Origin: Lama glama
Lineage: Eukaryota
NCBI GenBank assembly: GCA_028534125.1
Contig: CM052817.1
Span: forward strand, 90,708,001-90,772,000
DNA: 64,000 nt
Direction of reading: 5' to 3'
Shown piece by piece: positions 39,166 through 51,602 of this stretch. Under the pieces are notes generated by a model that ran no database searches, was not told the origin of the DNA, and worked only from the letters and a program-made list of their open reading frames with translations. Numbering within the stretch: position 1 is the stretch's first letter; every line of letters begins with the position of its first letter. A program made the translations under genes and the position numbers.

Positions 39166-42100
39166 CACTCTGTTATTAAATCTGTAATGCCAATATCATA
39201 CCAGCACCTAATTTATTAGATTACTGTGAGGGTGAAAATGGTAATGCATGTGATGCTCTAGAATATCTCAGTCAACCTGAATTCAGAAACTTTCTATAGT
39301 GATTCCAACATCTACTTCCACCCAAACAGAGTATATGGGAGATAGATTAATATGGGGCAGCAAGAAAGCAATTCATTTTACTCATTCTTAGAATTTACTA
39401 TTTTGTTATCTGTAATTCTTTCTTCGTCTACAGCTTTGTCTTGGGTTGGGATCCACTGAAAAGTTTGTTGCTTGACCCTAGAAACTGCACTAAGTAGGGA
39501 TTTAGGAAAAATCTTTTGCTGCTTATTATTCAGTGAAGTTATTCAGCCAGTCAACAAACAGAATCATTGTTGCCCAGCATTCTGTCGCAAGTGGCAAAGT
39601 ATCAGAGATCAATAAGGCATCTGTCCCAGTAACTAGTTAAAATACCAAGAAATTTTTCTTCAGACATAACCCAAATACCTTATGCTGCACTTTGCAGTTA
39701 ATCCTTCTTATTTTTTTTAAGTGAAAACGGAAGAAAACTGGATATCCTTTCTGTAATAAAATACTGAGAGCTTGAAAATAAACTCTTTTGAATTGAGTTT
39801 TGAATCCTGAGACCAAAGAGTGGAAATTTGCAAGGCGTCACTCTTCAGTTCTCTGAAATTGAGAATGACTGATCCAATGTTCAATTAAAAATACTCACAA
39901 ATGAAGTCCTCAGGGACACACAAGGATGTTACCAGTGGCTGTCTCTGGGTCACAGAATTTTTGTTGTTGTTGATATCTTTATTTTTTTCAAGAGTGAGCA
40001 TGCATTATTCATAAGCACATATATTACTTTTTCAAAGCGGTTTTTTTTTTTTTTGTTTAAAATGGCATTTTAAATCTTGGGGGTAATAGAAATTTTGCAA
40101 ATGTCTGCAAAGTCTTATCATTAAGTAGAATGGAAGAAAAGATAAAAAAGCAAACAGGAGTTGAAAACATGAAAATAGGTAACCACAGGTCATGTAAGAA
40201 ATATGCAGTCAAAAGTTCAATAAACAAAATATTTTGGCGACACAATTGACTCAAACCATTTATAAGCAACTTCTCTTAGCCCTTCTGAGATTTTCCCATA
40301 AACACTAAGGTATCATTGTGTTCAGGGACTGTGAGCTATTGGCAGGGGACAAAACACAAAGCACATTTTTAAATTAATAGTATTTTATTTTAAAACACCA
40401 CTGATCTTAAGATACCTCCACAATTGCAAATTGGGGGCTTTTCAGGTAATTTATAGGGAAAAACTGTGAAGTTTATCTTTGAAATGAAATGAAATAATAC
40501 CTGCACTTCTTACTTTGGGGAAATTTTATGTTAAATTACTCTGACAGGCAGAGATGATAAAACATTGAGAAATATTTAAAGATTTCATTTTTCTTCCTGA
40601 TAACGACAAGGTTCATTTTGTGCTCTCAGAGGGGAAATCAAATCTGATTTACCGTCAACTGCCTCAGTGCCATGATCCACATTTCACATTCTTTAAACAG
40701 TCTCCGCAAAGCAAGGATATTACTGTCCTTTCACAATGGGGCTGATCAACTGCCAAATGCCTGATAAACCATCAGATGCTTTCATTTGAAGCTACCTGTT
40801 TCTTTATCATGATAAAGCATGATTCGGAACATGTGGCAAGCTATCATAATTTTATGGGTAAAAAGAAACTTGATTTACACAACCATCCTTTCAAAGGGCA
40901 AACAACAGCAGTGAAAGGACGAACTACAACTACACGGATTCTTCCGTTCTTCTCAGTTTACCTCCTTTCTTTGTTTCACCCCAACAGCCAACTAGCTCCC
41001 TCCTTTCCTTGGCCCTGGCTAAGAATCACCAAGTAAGATTTGAAGAAAGCCCAGAAGCATCTGAAAAATAACATTGACCAGCTTCATTCTCCTAATCCTC
41101 AAATTACAATTTTGAGCTTGAATCCTGAGCAGACCAGCACTGAGCTAAGAGGAAACGTTTGGGAACAGGCTATGAATTTAAACACTCAGCAGAAAAGGAA
41201 TGAAAACGTTTAATCATCCTACCAAGCTCAAAAGGTGTAGCAAAGCAGACGCTAGCCACATTGACTGAACTGCTGTTTGGAGGGAAGATTGTTAGCAGCT
41301 CTTTGAGGGTGAGTAGGGGGTTATCTTTTATTGTTTCTAGTTTTTTTCCAAGAGCTGGATCAGAGTTGATCAAAATTGTGGTGCAAGGTCAAACTCCGAA
41401 GGTCAAACATCCCTATTCCTGAGCCTGTCCCAAGTCATCACTCTAGTCCCTTTGGTTTATATTCTTTCTTCTTTTCCAACTGTCATAAATTTTCAGTGAT
41501 AAGATTCAGAGGTGGAATGAGAAAGGCAAAAGACAATCTATTGTGTTCTCAAAGACACACCAAGATAAAGGATAGAATTCCATCCATCATTGTTCCCCTC
41601 TTGGATAAATGAGTGTGAGAAGAAAGATGTTGGAGAAGCCAGTTTTACTGAATTAATTGCTTAAGGAAAGCAAAGCAAAACAACATGACAGATGCTAATT
41701 TTAATACAAGGGGTAATCAATTGTCCATTTCTTCCCTTTCCAGAGCCTAAAAAAGTTTGAAAAAGTTGTATCAAACTTGCTTTTCCATTCAAAATCATTT
41801 CTTTCCCCTCCAAGACATCAATCCCCCTGCCATTCACTAAAGACCTACCTAATTTATCTATTTTTCTATTCAGTTATTCAGTCTTGTTTTTGGTCCACCT
41901 CTCAATTTTTTTTAAGGCAACAAGAAACACTGGAATATTTTACTTTCCCTGCCGATTCCAAGTGCATACAGAGAAGAGGAAAGATCGGTCACCTCCTAAA
42001 ACAGGCTTCTTCTTCAGGAGAGACAAACTCCACATCTCTCAACTCTGCAGCCTACAGACTGCCTTCCACCGAAGGTAACATCACAGAACCCACCTCATCT

Positions 42101-43247
42101 GTGGGTGTAAAATCACAGTGATCTGTCCTGTGACAGGGCCACAGGGCTGGCTGCTGCCATACCACACCCCCAGTGCACTACTGATGCAGTCCAGATTTCC
42201 GAACCAGTGTGGGTTTTCTCCATGCCTGGTTGGCTACATTCATGGTTATTCACTCAAAGTCCTGAGTACCTGCGGTGATGTTCCTTTAGGCACCTACTTG
42301 ATGATGCAACTGTCTCTGTCACCATCACCTTCGATCATCTTATTCTTTCAGGCATGAGACTCAAACCCCACTTACTGACTTTGGTCCAAGAGCTCAAAAA
42401 GAAGGAGGGTCTATCTAGTCTGCTGAGCTCCTTACATGGGCAGCCTTGTGATTCATGGCATGATCCTGGTTATTCGACAGGGACAAAGTAAACATGCCTG
42501 GCTGGGCAGCACAGTTCAGTCTAGCTAATTCCCTTGATCTCAGGATTACTAGGAAATACAGAACTAAGATTACCTATTCAGATTACCAATTCCTCTTCTA
42601 CAGATGAAAAATGAAATAGTGAAAATGATGTTGCCATGCAGAGTACAAACAAGGTGCTACCAATTTTCCCACTTGCTGAAAGTATATGCAGATTATTTTA
42701 AAGAAAAATTTAATCATGCATGGTTTTTAAATATGCAAATAACTTCTCAACAAATTTGATCAACTGACTGTTACATTCTTGTTAAACATCTGCCCTCTTG
42801 GTTTATGAACACTTTAGTCTCTTGTTTTTCCTCCTACCTCTCAAGTTACTAGACAATCTCTCCTTTACTATCGCTGTCTCCAATACTGAATTTTCCAATG
42901 TTAGCACTCAACTCTTTGGCTTAAATTATCAAGACTACATTAGGAAAATGTTTATTTTTTAGGAAAAATTCTATTATTTACAATCCACCCTCTCCCTCCC
43001 ATTCTCACCATCTTTGGCAGGTAGCTTCTGAAATAGATCTTTGTTTTGCAGCGAGGACTGACAGGTGACCTTATGAATGAGAGAAGACAGGGAACGCTAC
43101 ACTTACATTCAGAAATAAAGAATCTGTTGTGGAAGATGGGCGCAGGGGCAGTGGTAAGGGCGAAGATAAAGGTTGTAGAAAGACAGGGTAAAGAGATGAG
43201 GCAGCTACTGTTGAGTAAGAGTCTTTGGGAAAGAGATGATGTATTTA

Positions 43248-44107
43248 TTTATTTATTTTTTTAAGCCTGAGGTTTCCTGTTTTATTTTCAGCTTTTAAGA
43301 TTTTTTTTAACATTTTTTATTGATTTATAATCATTTTACAATGTTGTGTCAAATTTCAGTGTTCAGCACAATTTTTCAGTCATTCATGGACATATACACA
43401 CTCATTGTCACATTTTTTTCTCTGTGAGTTATCATTAACATTTTGTGTATATTTCCCTGTGCTNNNNNNNNNNNNNNNNNNNNNNNNNNNNNNNNNNNNN
43501 NNNNNNNNNNNNNNNNNNNNNNNNNNNNNNNNNNNNNNNNNNNNNNNNNNNNNNNNNNNNNNNNNNNNNNNNNNNNNNNNNNNNNNNNNNNNNNNNNNNN
43601 NNNNNNNNNNNNNNNNNNNNNNNNNNNNNNNNNNNNNNNNNNNNNNNNNNNNNNNNNNNNNNNNNNNNNNNNNNNNNNNNNNNNNNNNNNNNNNNNNNNN
43701 NNNNNNNNNNNNNNNNNNNNNNNNNNNNNNNNNNNNNNNNNNNNNNNNNNNNNNNNNNNNNNNNNNNNNNNNNNNNNNNNNNNNNNNNNNNNNNNNNNNN
43801 NNNNNNNNNNNNNNNNNNNNNNNNNNNNNNNNNNNNNNNNNNNNNNNNNNNNNNNNNNNNNNNNNNNNNNNNNNNNNNNNNNNNNNNNNNNNNNNNNNNN
43901 NNNNNNNNNNNNNNNNNNNNNNNNNNNNNNNNNNNNNNNNNNNNNNNNNNNNNNNNNNNNNNNGAGATTCCTCAAAAGACTAGGAATAGACTTACCATAT
44001 GATCCAGGAATCCCACTCCTGGGCTTGTATCCAGAAGGAAATCTACTTCAGGATGACACCTGCACCCCAATGTTCATAGCAGCACTATTTACAACAGCCA
44101 AAACATG
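43248..44107 (-). mobile_element. Young L1 insertion with 3' transduction and 5' inversion (spans the gap)
   Basis: TSD GAGATGATGTATTTA at 43233-43247 and 44108-44122. Antisense 3'UTR lies left of the gap and sense ORF2 C-terminus (RFLKRLGIDLPYDPGIPLLG...MFIAALFTTAKTW) lies right of it. Confidence 0.85.
43464..43963. other. Assembly gap (500 N)
   Basis: Run of exactly 500 N, so probably a nominal size. Confidence 0.99.
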
Positions 44108-44374
44108 GAGATGATGTATTTAAAAGGAACTATGTGAGAAGTTTTGCTATCTGATGTGTGATATATGCCTTTTATTGTCTCTCCCAAAACCTTGTTAATA
44201 AATCCACATTATTCATCAATGTTTTTGGAGATGAATTTGTATGGGGGTAGTTGTGGGGCTTTGTTTGTTTAGGGTATGCAAAGACATGTTGAAACTGATC
44301 TGAATTAAGGAAAAATAAGAACAAAAGTAGATCAAGTTCTGTGTCCTATGCAGACCTATTGCCTCAGCTCTACT

Positions 44375-45190
44375 TTGAATATCCAACTGATTTCCTCCTG
44401 TGCCCACTTCAGGCAACTAAAACTCAACATGGCCTGAGCTAAACTCAAAAACGTGCTTTTCTCCACCATTTCCCTTTCAGTAAATAGTAACACTGTCCAC
44501 CTAGCCACATGTCCTGTAAATCTTGAAGGACAGCTCCCTCTCTCTCACCCATGACTTCAGAGTCATCATGTTCTTCCGCATCAATATATCTTGAATCTAC
44601 CCCCCTTCTCTCCATTCTCTCTGTTCCAGGTTTGACCCAAGCTCCCACCAACTCTCTCTAGAACTGTTGCTAAAGCCTCCTGACTGGACTACCGTTTCCA
44701 GTCTTCCCTCTTTTCATCAGGGTGATCTTTAAAACATATCCAACCCTAAGAGGAGGGCCTTCTATTCCTTTTACAAAAAAATTCAAACTCCCTCTTTTTA
44801 CTGACAAGGCCTTTTATGATATGACCCCTGCTTATTTTTCCATCCCATTTCACACAGTCTCCTTTCTTAATCACTTTCTGGTTCTTCTGAAGAATTAAGT
44901 AATTTCCTGCCACCAAACACGTTGTTTGCTTTACTGAAAGCCTCATCCCCACCCAGGCCCCAACATTCACTAATCTACCACCTCTGTTCTACTCACTTTC
45001 GTCTCAGTTTGAGTATCACTTCTCCAGAGAAGCTTCAATAACCCTGCCCCTCCCCTCACTCCCTTGTACTCCCTGGCTGATCAGGTCTTCCTGTTACATG
45101 CTCTCCTAGCACAATGCACATTTTGGTTACAGCATTTATTTCACCTGTAATTAAACAAACTTTTCTATAATTATTAAGGTCTGCCTCCAC
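44375..45190 (+). mobile_element. L2 fragment
   Basis: 'aggcaactaaaactcaacatg...', 'tcagtaaatagtaacactgtccacc', 'gcctcctgactgg', 'tcacttctccagagaagcttc'. Confidence 0.75.
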
Positions 45191-46084
45191 CATTCTCTCA
45201 TTTATATGATCCACAGTATCAATGTTGTTGGTACTATCTTGGTGAATTGCTGATTAGTTACTGTTGTGTAGACAGTCATTTCCAGACTCCCTACTTCTGT
45301 GATAGAGTCTTTTAAAGCTAAGACATTAAAAATTAAGTTTATATATTAATCATATTTACATTTGTTATACCTATTTCTCTATATTTTAGAAAGAAACATA
45401 GTGTTTTATATATATGTGTGTGTATATATGAAATTAGACTTGAGATGAGAATAAAACTAAAATAAAAATTCCAGGAATTTTAGAGAAATGGCATTTTTGT
45501 CTTCAAGGACATGTTAATCACTAGCAAGGACAAGATTTCCCACCTACAGAAGTACTCCTTGCACCTCTAGAAATAAAGAACTGGCATCCTTTTTTTTTTT
45601 TAAGTTGGTATCCATTTCAATTCAAATATCACTCTCCAATGCTGAGGGAGCTCACAAAAGGAGTTCATTAGTGCCACCTGGGGTGACAAGTTTATGGTTT
45701 CATTATTACATCTGCTAATAAATGAACTGATGATACGAATCAAATTCACTAAAATCTCTGTTCATCTTGAACAATGTTGTGAAAAATCAAAGTCAAGATG
45801 ATGTGCTCCATAGTATTTCAGATGTAATAAAGCCTAACGCTCTCACTGCAAAATGAGAATTATGTGCAGTGAGCTATCTTATTTAACCCAAAATGATTTG
45901 GGGGCTAATAGCCCATGGTGTAGTGCTCATCAAAATGGACCAGGGGAAAAGACATGATTGAAATCGGTGGGCTGACTCTACTGCCACTCGTGATTGTTTC
46001 CACTTCGAAGAGAATCAATAAAAGCACATCAACCCGTAGATGTTTTCCCCAGGGAAGCCACATTGGTCCTTTTCTCCATTTAAT

Positions 46085-46706
46085 ATCCACTGAAAGCAGG
46101 ACCCTGAGGGTCTTCTTTGTGGCAGACCCCTCCGTGTCCGCCATTTCTTGTTTATAGAAAAAAATCAAGTGAGTTTTTCCCCCTGAGTCCCAAAGAACAG
46201 ACTCAAGCAGTTACTAGAGAAGTAAAGGGATGTGGAAACAAAGAAAAGTAATGATAGTTTAAACAATAGTTCATCCATAAAACAGTCATATGACCCCTAG
46301 TTTCTCAAGAGATACAAGTAACTATCTGACGCATATCCTTGAGTTGTTTTACAGAAGCCAGAACCCCACCAGACTGAATTGCTGACCATAAGCACAAAGA
46401 TCCCACACTGGCTGGAATCAGAAGACTGATGATTAAGATTTCCAAAACCACCACCCTGTTATCTCCCCATCAACCAATCAGAGGAATGTCCACAAGACGA
46501 TTACGCACCCTGCAACCCTAACTGCTTATGTTGCTTCTAAAAACTCTTCCCTAAAAGCCAGGGGGAAGTTTGAGTCTTTTTAACATTAATTGCCCATTCT
46601 CCTTGCTTGGTGCCCCACAAATACACTCCTCTTCACCATAATTCAATGTCAGTAAACTGGCTTTCCTACATGTCAGGAGAGTAGACTCAAGTTCGGTTTA
46701 GTAACA
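46085..46706 (+). mobile_element. ERV1-class solo LTR, family B copy 2
   Basis: 'gcaggaccctgaggg...aactatctgacgcatatccttgagttgttttacag...accaatcagag...GTTCGGTTTAGTAACA'. Collinear with 11235-11907. Confidence 0.85.
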
Positions 46707-46939
46707 ACCCTACTAATGATTCTTGATTCCCTCCTTTGATAGGAATTTCATATGTATTTAATAAGTGTTTATGGCTGCTTGGAAAATTGAAATATAAAAA
46801 GAAATATAGAGTCAGCACTTTAAAACTAGTTAGCAAGGTGGTATTTATAACTTTCATATACACATCTAAATGAAACTAGTGACTTTTTAAAAGTGAGTCT
46901 TTTTATATGAATCACATGATGGGTTTTAAGTAAATTTCA

Positions 46940-47640
46940 AAATAAAATAAAAGGCATTGTGGGATAAGTTTGGTCTGAGGAATATTCTTAGAGGAACATG
47001 AAAGAGTACAGGATTTTATCTGTGATTGTACCTATAGCTCATTTACTGTGTTTGGCTGAGCAGAGTGGAAGACAAGAAACTGAGTGATATTGAAAGCAGC
47101 AAGGAAAATATTGATAAGGTGGGGCCATGTTAAGAAAGACTTTAAATCCTGGGATGAGAAAATCTGAACCTTAAAAGGCTAAGGGAGTATTATATTCTTA
47201 ATGAGAATGACATAATAAAAGTGGTGCTACAGGAAAGTTACAGATTAAGGAACAGATAGGCAAGTGTTAGGGAGACTCGTTGAGAGATTCTTGTGGTAAT
47301 ACAGGTCTACAATGCTGAGGGCCTTCATTAGTTTATAGAGAATGAGAAACAACATAATGACTGAGAATGACACTGAGAAATAAGGATCCGTAGGGTTTAG
47401 TGACTAATGAGTTATGAGAGATTTTAGGAGAGAAAGATATGGAAGAGAAAAGTGACTTGAACATTTTGATACTTGGAGCTAGGAAGAAATGGCATTTTAA
47501 TCAACAAACTTGGAAAAATGGAGAAAGACATCAATTTGGAAACTACTCAAGTTTGGCATATAAGATTGTGCAGGAAAGGACAGAGATTCAAATGGAACTG
47601 CCAAAAGTTTAGAGTTGAGAGGCGCTTAGGGTCCATGGGG
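46940..47640 (-). mobile_element. L2 fragment, decayed
   Basis: Purine-rich antisense L2-like text ('aatgacataataaaagtggtgctacagg', 'gagagattcttgtggtaatacagg'). Confidence 0.5.
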
Positions 47641-50600
47641 GTCAAGTTCCCAGCAGGATTCAGGAATCCTTTTAATAATATTCCTAATGGAGATACAAAT
47701 ACTTTCTGTATTTAGGAACATTGCTAGGAACCTCTTCCTTATATTGAATTAAAATTTACTTCCCCATAACTTGCACCTACAATTTCCATTTCTACCATCT
47801 AGAACATTAGACAAGACTATGTCCTATTCCATGTAATAATTTTTCACCTCCACAGCAGTCACTGCATCCCCATTTCATTCTAGCTTTTCAATAATAACCA
47901 TCGCTTATTTCCTTCAGGTATAGCTCACTGACATAACTTCTAAATTCTTATTTATTAACAGAGATTAATAAGGCATCAAAAATATCTTCCAGCTATGAAA
48001 GTTACTGATTACTGTTTTAGTTTTATGGCTGGGTTTTTATAATACTCTCTTCCAAAAAAAAAAAAAAAAAGGACAGGTAAATTTCTTTTCCCTGAAAGTA
48101 AAGGATATAAAAACTACATTCAAAACTAAAATATCTTATGTCTAATGAAAACCCAAGACCAGCAAGTCTGAAGAATTTGTGGCTGGGCTTCTAACTTAAA
48201 TCAAAGACTAAATTAAAAAGAATCAAATTCAATTTCCCAAAGGATTGTGATTTTTCTATTTGTATTCATGCTACTAGTTTGGCAGGCCATAAAGATTTTA
48301 GAAAAATTATTGTTATTATTGTCTGATCTTTTTAACAATGTGTTTGCTTTGAAACCTTGAGGTGCACTCATGAAAAAGAAAAATCCATTTAAGTATCTAT
48401 TATCTCTGAATGGAGACTGAATTTGATGAAACCGCCATACAACTAACAAATGTTTGCCTACCCAAATGACTTTTGCTCTGGCATTATGTCTCAGAAAATA
48501 AATTATTATTATTTATGATCATAATAATGTATATTTACATAATAAGTTTCTCAGAGGAGCTGAAACCAATTTTTGCTTATTCTACAGCACCACTCATTTG
48601 TAAAAGTCAAAAAACTGCAGCTCTGTTGTTCCAAGAGGGAAAATGTGTTAAAAAGGCATAGGCCTATCAAAGCAAAAGTCAGTATTCAGTGCACCAGTAG
48701 TCAGAGAACACTAATACTCATGAATCTTTTGACTCAACACCTGCGATGTTTCATCTTTACATTCAGTGTCAGCAGCTCTTGAAAATAAAAATCTTAGAAG
48801 CTTAATAAATGCCCAATACTGTATGTACTTACTGTCTGACTGATGTTATGGGATATGGAAGAAGTTGCCCAGTCTCAAATCCGTGAAGACAAGATACCAA
48901 AATAAGAAATACCTTGAGACTCTTGTAAGAGAGAATATAATAACTTCTTTAGGAGAAGTAGCAGCATTGCTAAATTACATGATAAGAAATAAAGAGAGCT
49001 CTGTTTTATTCTCTACTCCGCAACCAACCTGAAGCTAGTTATTTATCCCACCTGTAAAATGCAATGAAACTACACGCCACCATCCTATCCCGGAAGGATA
49101 GGTGAGGATTAATCACCTGTAGGTGTCTGGAGTGTCACAAATGGTGCTGTTATATACAAATTGCAGAACTTTGATATTGCTTTTAAAACTCACTCGTGAC
49201 CCTTACACACTGGAGGGTACCTTTGGTTGTCTGAACAGTACATTAACATGCATCCCACATCCTCTCCAAACTCTCCTGAGGATCAGCTGAAGACCAAGCT
49301 AAAGATATGATTCATTGATCACACATTAAATCATACAAGGTTGAGATGTACAAGGCCTCAATTTACTTTCATAATACCGAATTAACCTTGTAGATACAAA
49401 ATTACAGTATTATTTTATAATTATAGATATAGCCTCTATATTTATGAGACATTGCAAAATATCTGACCTTCTCAATGTAGGTTAGCTAATTATTGTGTAT
49501 CTAGCAAGAGAAAGTTCAGGAAACCTGTATCTCAATATAAGTGTGACTAACACGTCTTTATCTTACCAGTTTCTGTTACCATTGTTCCTGATACATTAAT
49601 TAAAGTTCATATTCAGGTATGCATTTAGAATTTTTAAACTTAGCCAAGTGCACTCCAGTGACTGTTGTCTGTGGTATCAGACTCTCAGTGTAGAAAAAGC
49701 CATAAATGACTTCATACTTCTCCATCTGTCTGTATTATAACTCTCTACTAGACTAGAAGCTACATTGGGGCAGGAAAATTACATTTATTTTTAAAATTTC
49801 TGCTTGTAACCATAGCTCTTGGAAAGATACTTTGCACATCATAAGCAATTAACAATAATTACTTTTAGCATGTTTGAACAATATTTTGACTGAAATAAAA
49901 GATAAGGCTTTTTCATTATATGGTGTGGTTACAATGAGTAGAATGTTTTCAGTTTATATTTGAGGTTTTAACCCTGGTCATGCTCTGATATATATGCATT
50001 CTAAGCAACTGCAAATCTCAAACCCAAGATTCCATCTAATGAAGCTGTATTTACTCACCTTCCCTTTTAATGATCATTTCTTAAAGTGCCCAACAGTGCA
50101 GCCGTATAGTGTTGCACAATATTCATTGAGAAATTCAGTCCTCTTAAAATAGCTACAATCAAGGCGTGGACTCATTTTTAGTAACAGCAGATTTTGAAAG
50201 ACATAGAAACCATCCTATCTTTAATTACTAATATTCATTGTGAGGAGAAACATCTCAATATTCAAATGTGCATAAAGACATTTTAGTAAATAAAGATTGA
50301 ACCTTGAGTATGATCTTGTATGTATAAAACCAAGAAATCCTTGATGTCAAAATTTTGCTATATGCATTCTCCCTGACCATTCTGAAATCCTTCCTTAATT
50401 TTAGCCAACCTACAAATTTTTCTGTATCTTTCCTCTCTGTAAAAGATGCAAGAACCACTTACTTGCTACTTTCTTCCTCTGTGCAGAACTCATAGTAAAC
50501 CTGTATTTTTAATATGAAAGTATGAATTTAAGAATTCTACTATATATCATAGAAGCCCTTTATTTAAAATGAGAAAAATCAAGGTCCACAGATGAAGACA

Positions 50601-50765
50601 CAACTATGGAATTAGATGAGATGTTGTGAAAGAAATTCCCTTTTTAAATAGACTCATTCCATATGCCTTGTAGTAATGGTCCCCAAATTTACATTACTCA
50701 AGTGAGCTGCAATGTTAGTGACTTTAAAATAATTTATTTAATTTCCATAAAGAATAGAAAACTCT

Positions 50766-51602
50766 AAATGCAAATCAAAACTACAATGAGGTATCACCTC
50801 ATACCAGTCAGAATGGCCATCATTCAAAAGTCCATGAATAATAAATGCTGGACAGGGTGTGGAGAAAACGGAACCCTCCTACACTATTGGTGAGAATATA
50901 GTTTGGTGCAGCCATTATAGAAAACAGTATGGAGACTCCTCAAAAGACTAAAAATAGACTTACCATATGATCCAGCATATATCCAGAAGGAATCTTAATT
51001 CAAGAAGATACATGCACCTCACTGTTCATAGCAACACTATTTACAATAACCAAGACATGGAAACAACCTAAATGTCCATCAACAGATGACTGGATAAAGA
51101 GGCTGTGGTATATTGATACAATGGAATACTAACTAGCCATAAAAAGAATAAAATAATGTCATTTGCAGCAACATGGATGGATCTGGAGAATGTCATTCTA
51201 AGTGAAGTAAGCCAGAAAAAGAAAGAAAAATACCATATGATATCACTTATAAGTGGAATCTAAAAAAAGGACAAACAAACTTATTTATAAAACAGAAACA
51301 GACTCACAGACATAGAAAACAAAATTATGGTTACCAGTAGGGGAAGTGAGTGGGAAGGGATAAATTGGGGGTTCGAGATTTGCAGACACTAACTACTACG
51401 TATAAAATAGATAAACAACAAGTTTATATTGTATATAGTACAGGGAACTATATTCTGTATCTTGCAGTAACTTATGGTTAAAAAGAATATGAAAATAAAT
51501 ATATGTATGTTCCTATATGGCTGAAGTATTGTGTTGTACACAGAAATTGACACAACATTGTAAACTGACTATACTTCAATAAAAATATATCAAAGAAAAA
51601 AA
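50766..51602 (+). mobile_element. Camelid-type L1, ORF2 C-terminus plus 3'UTR
   Basis: TSD AGAAAACTCT at 50756-50765 and 51603-51612. Canonical 'aaatgcaaatcaaaactacaatgaggtatcacctc' start. Confidence 0.95.

Noticed and set aside
43376..44114. Longest ORFs in the track (185-223 aa)
   Set aside because: Artefacts of translating through 500 N. The only real part is the L1 ORF2 C-terminus.
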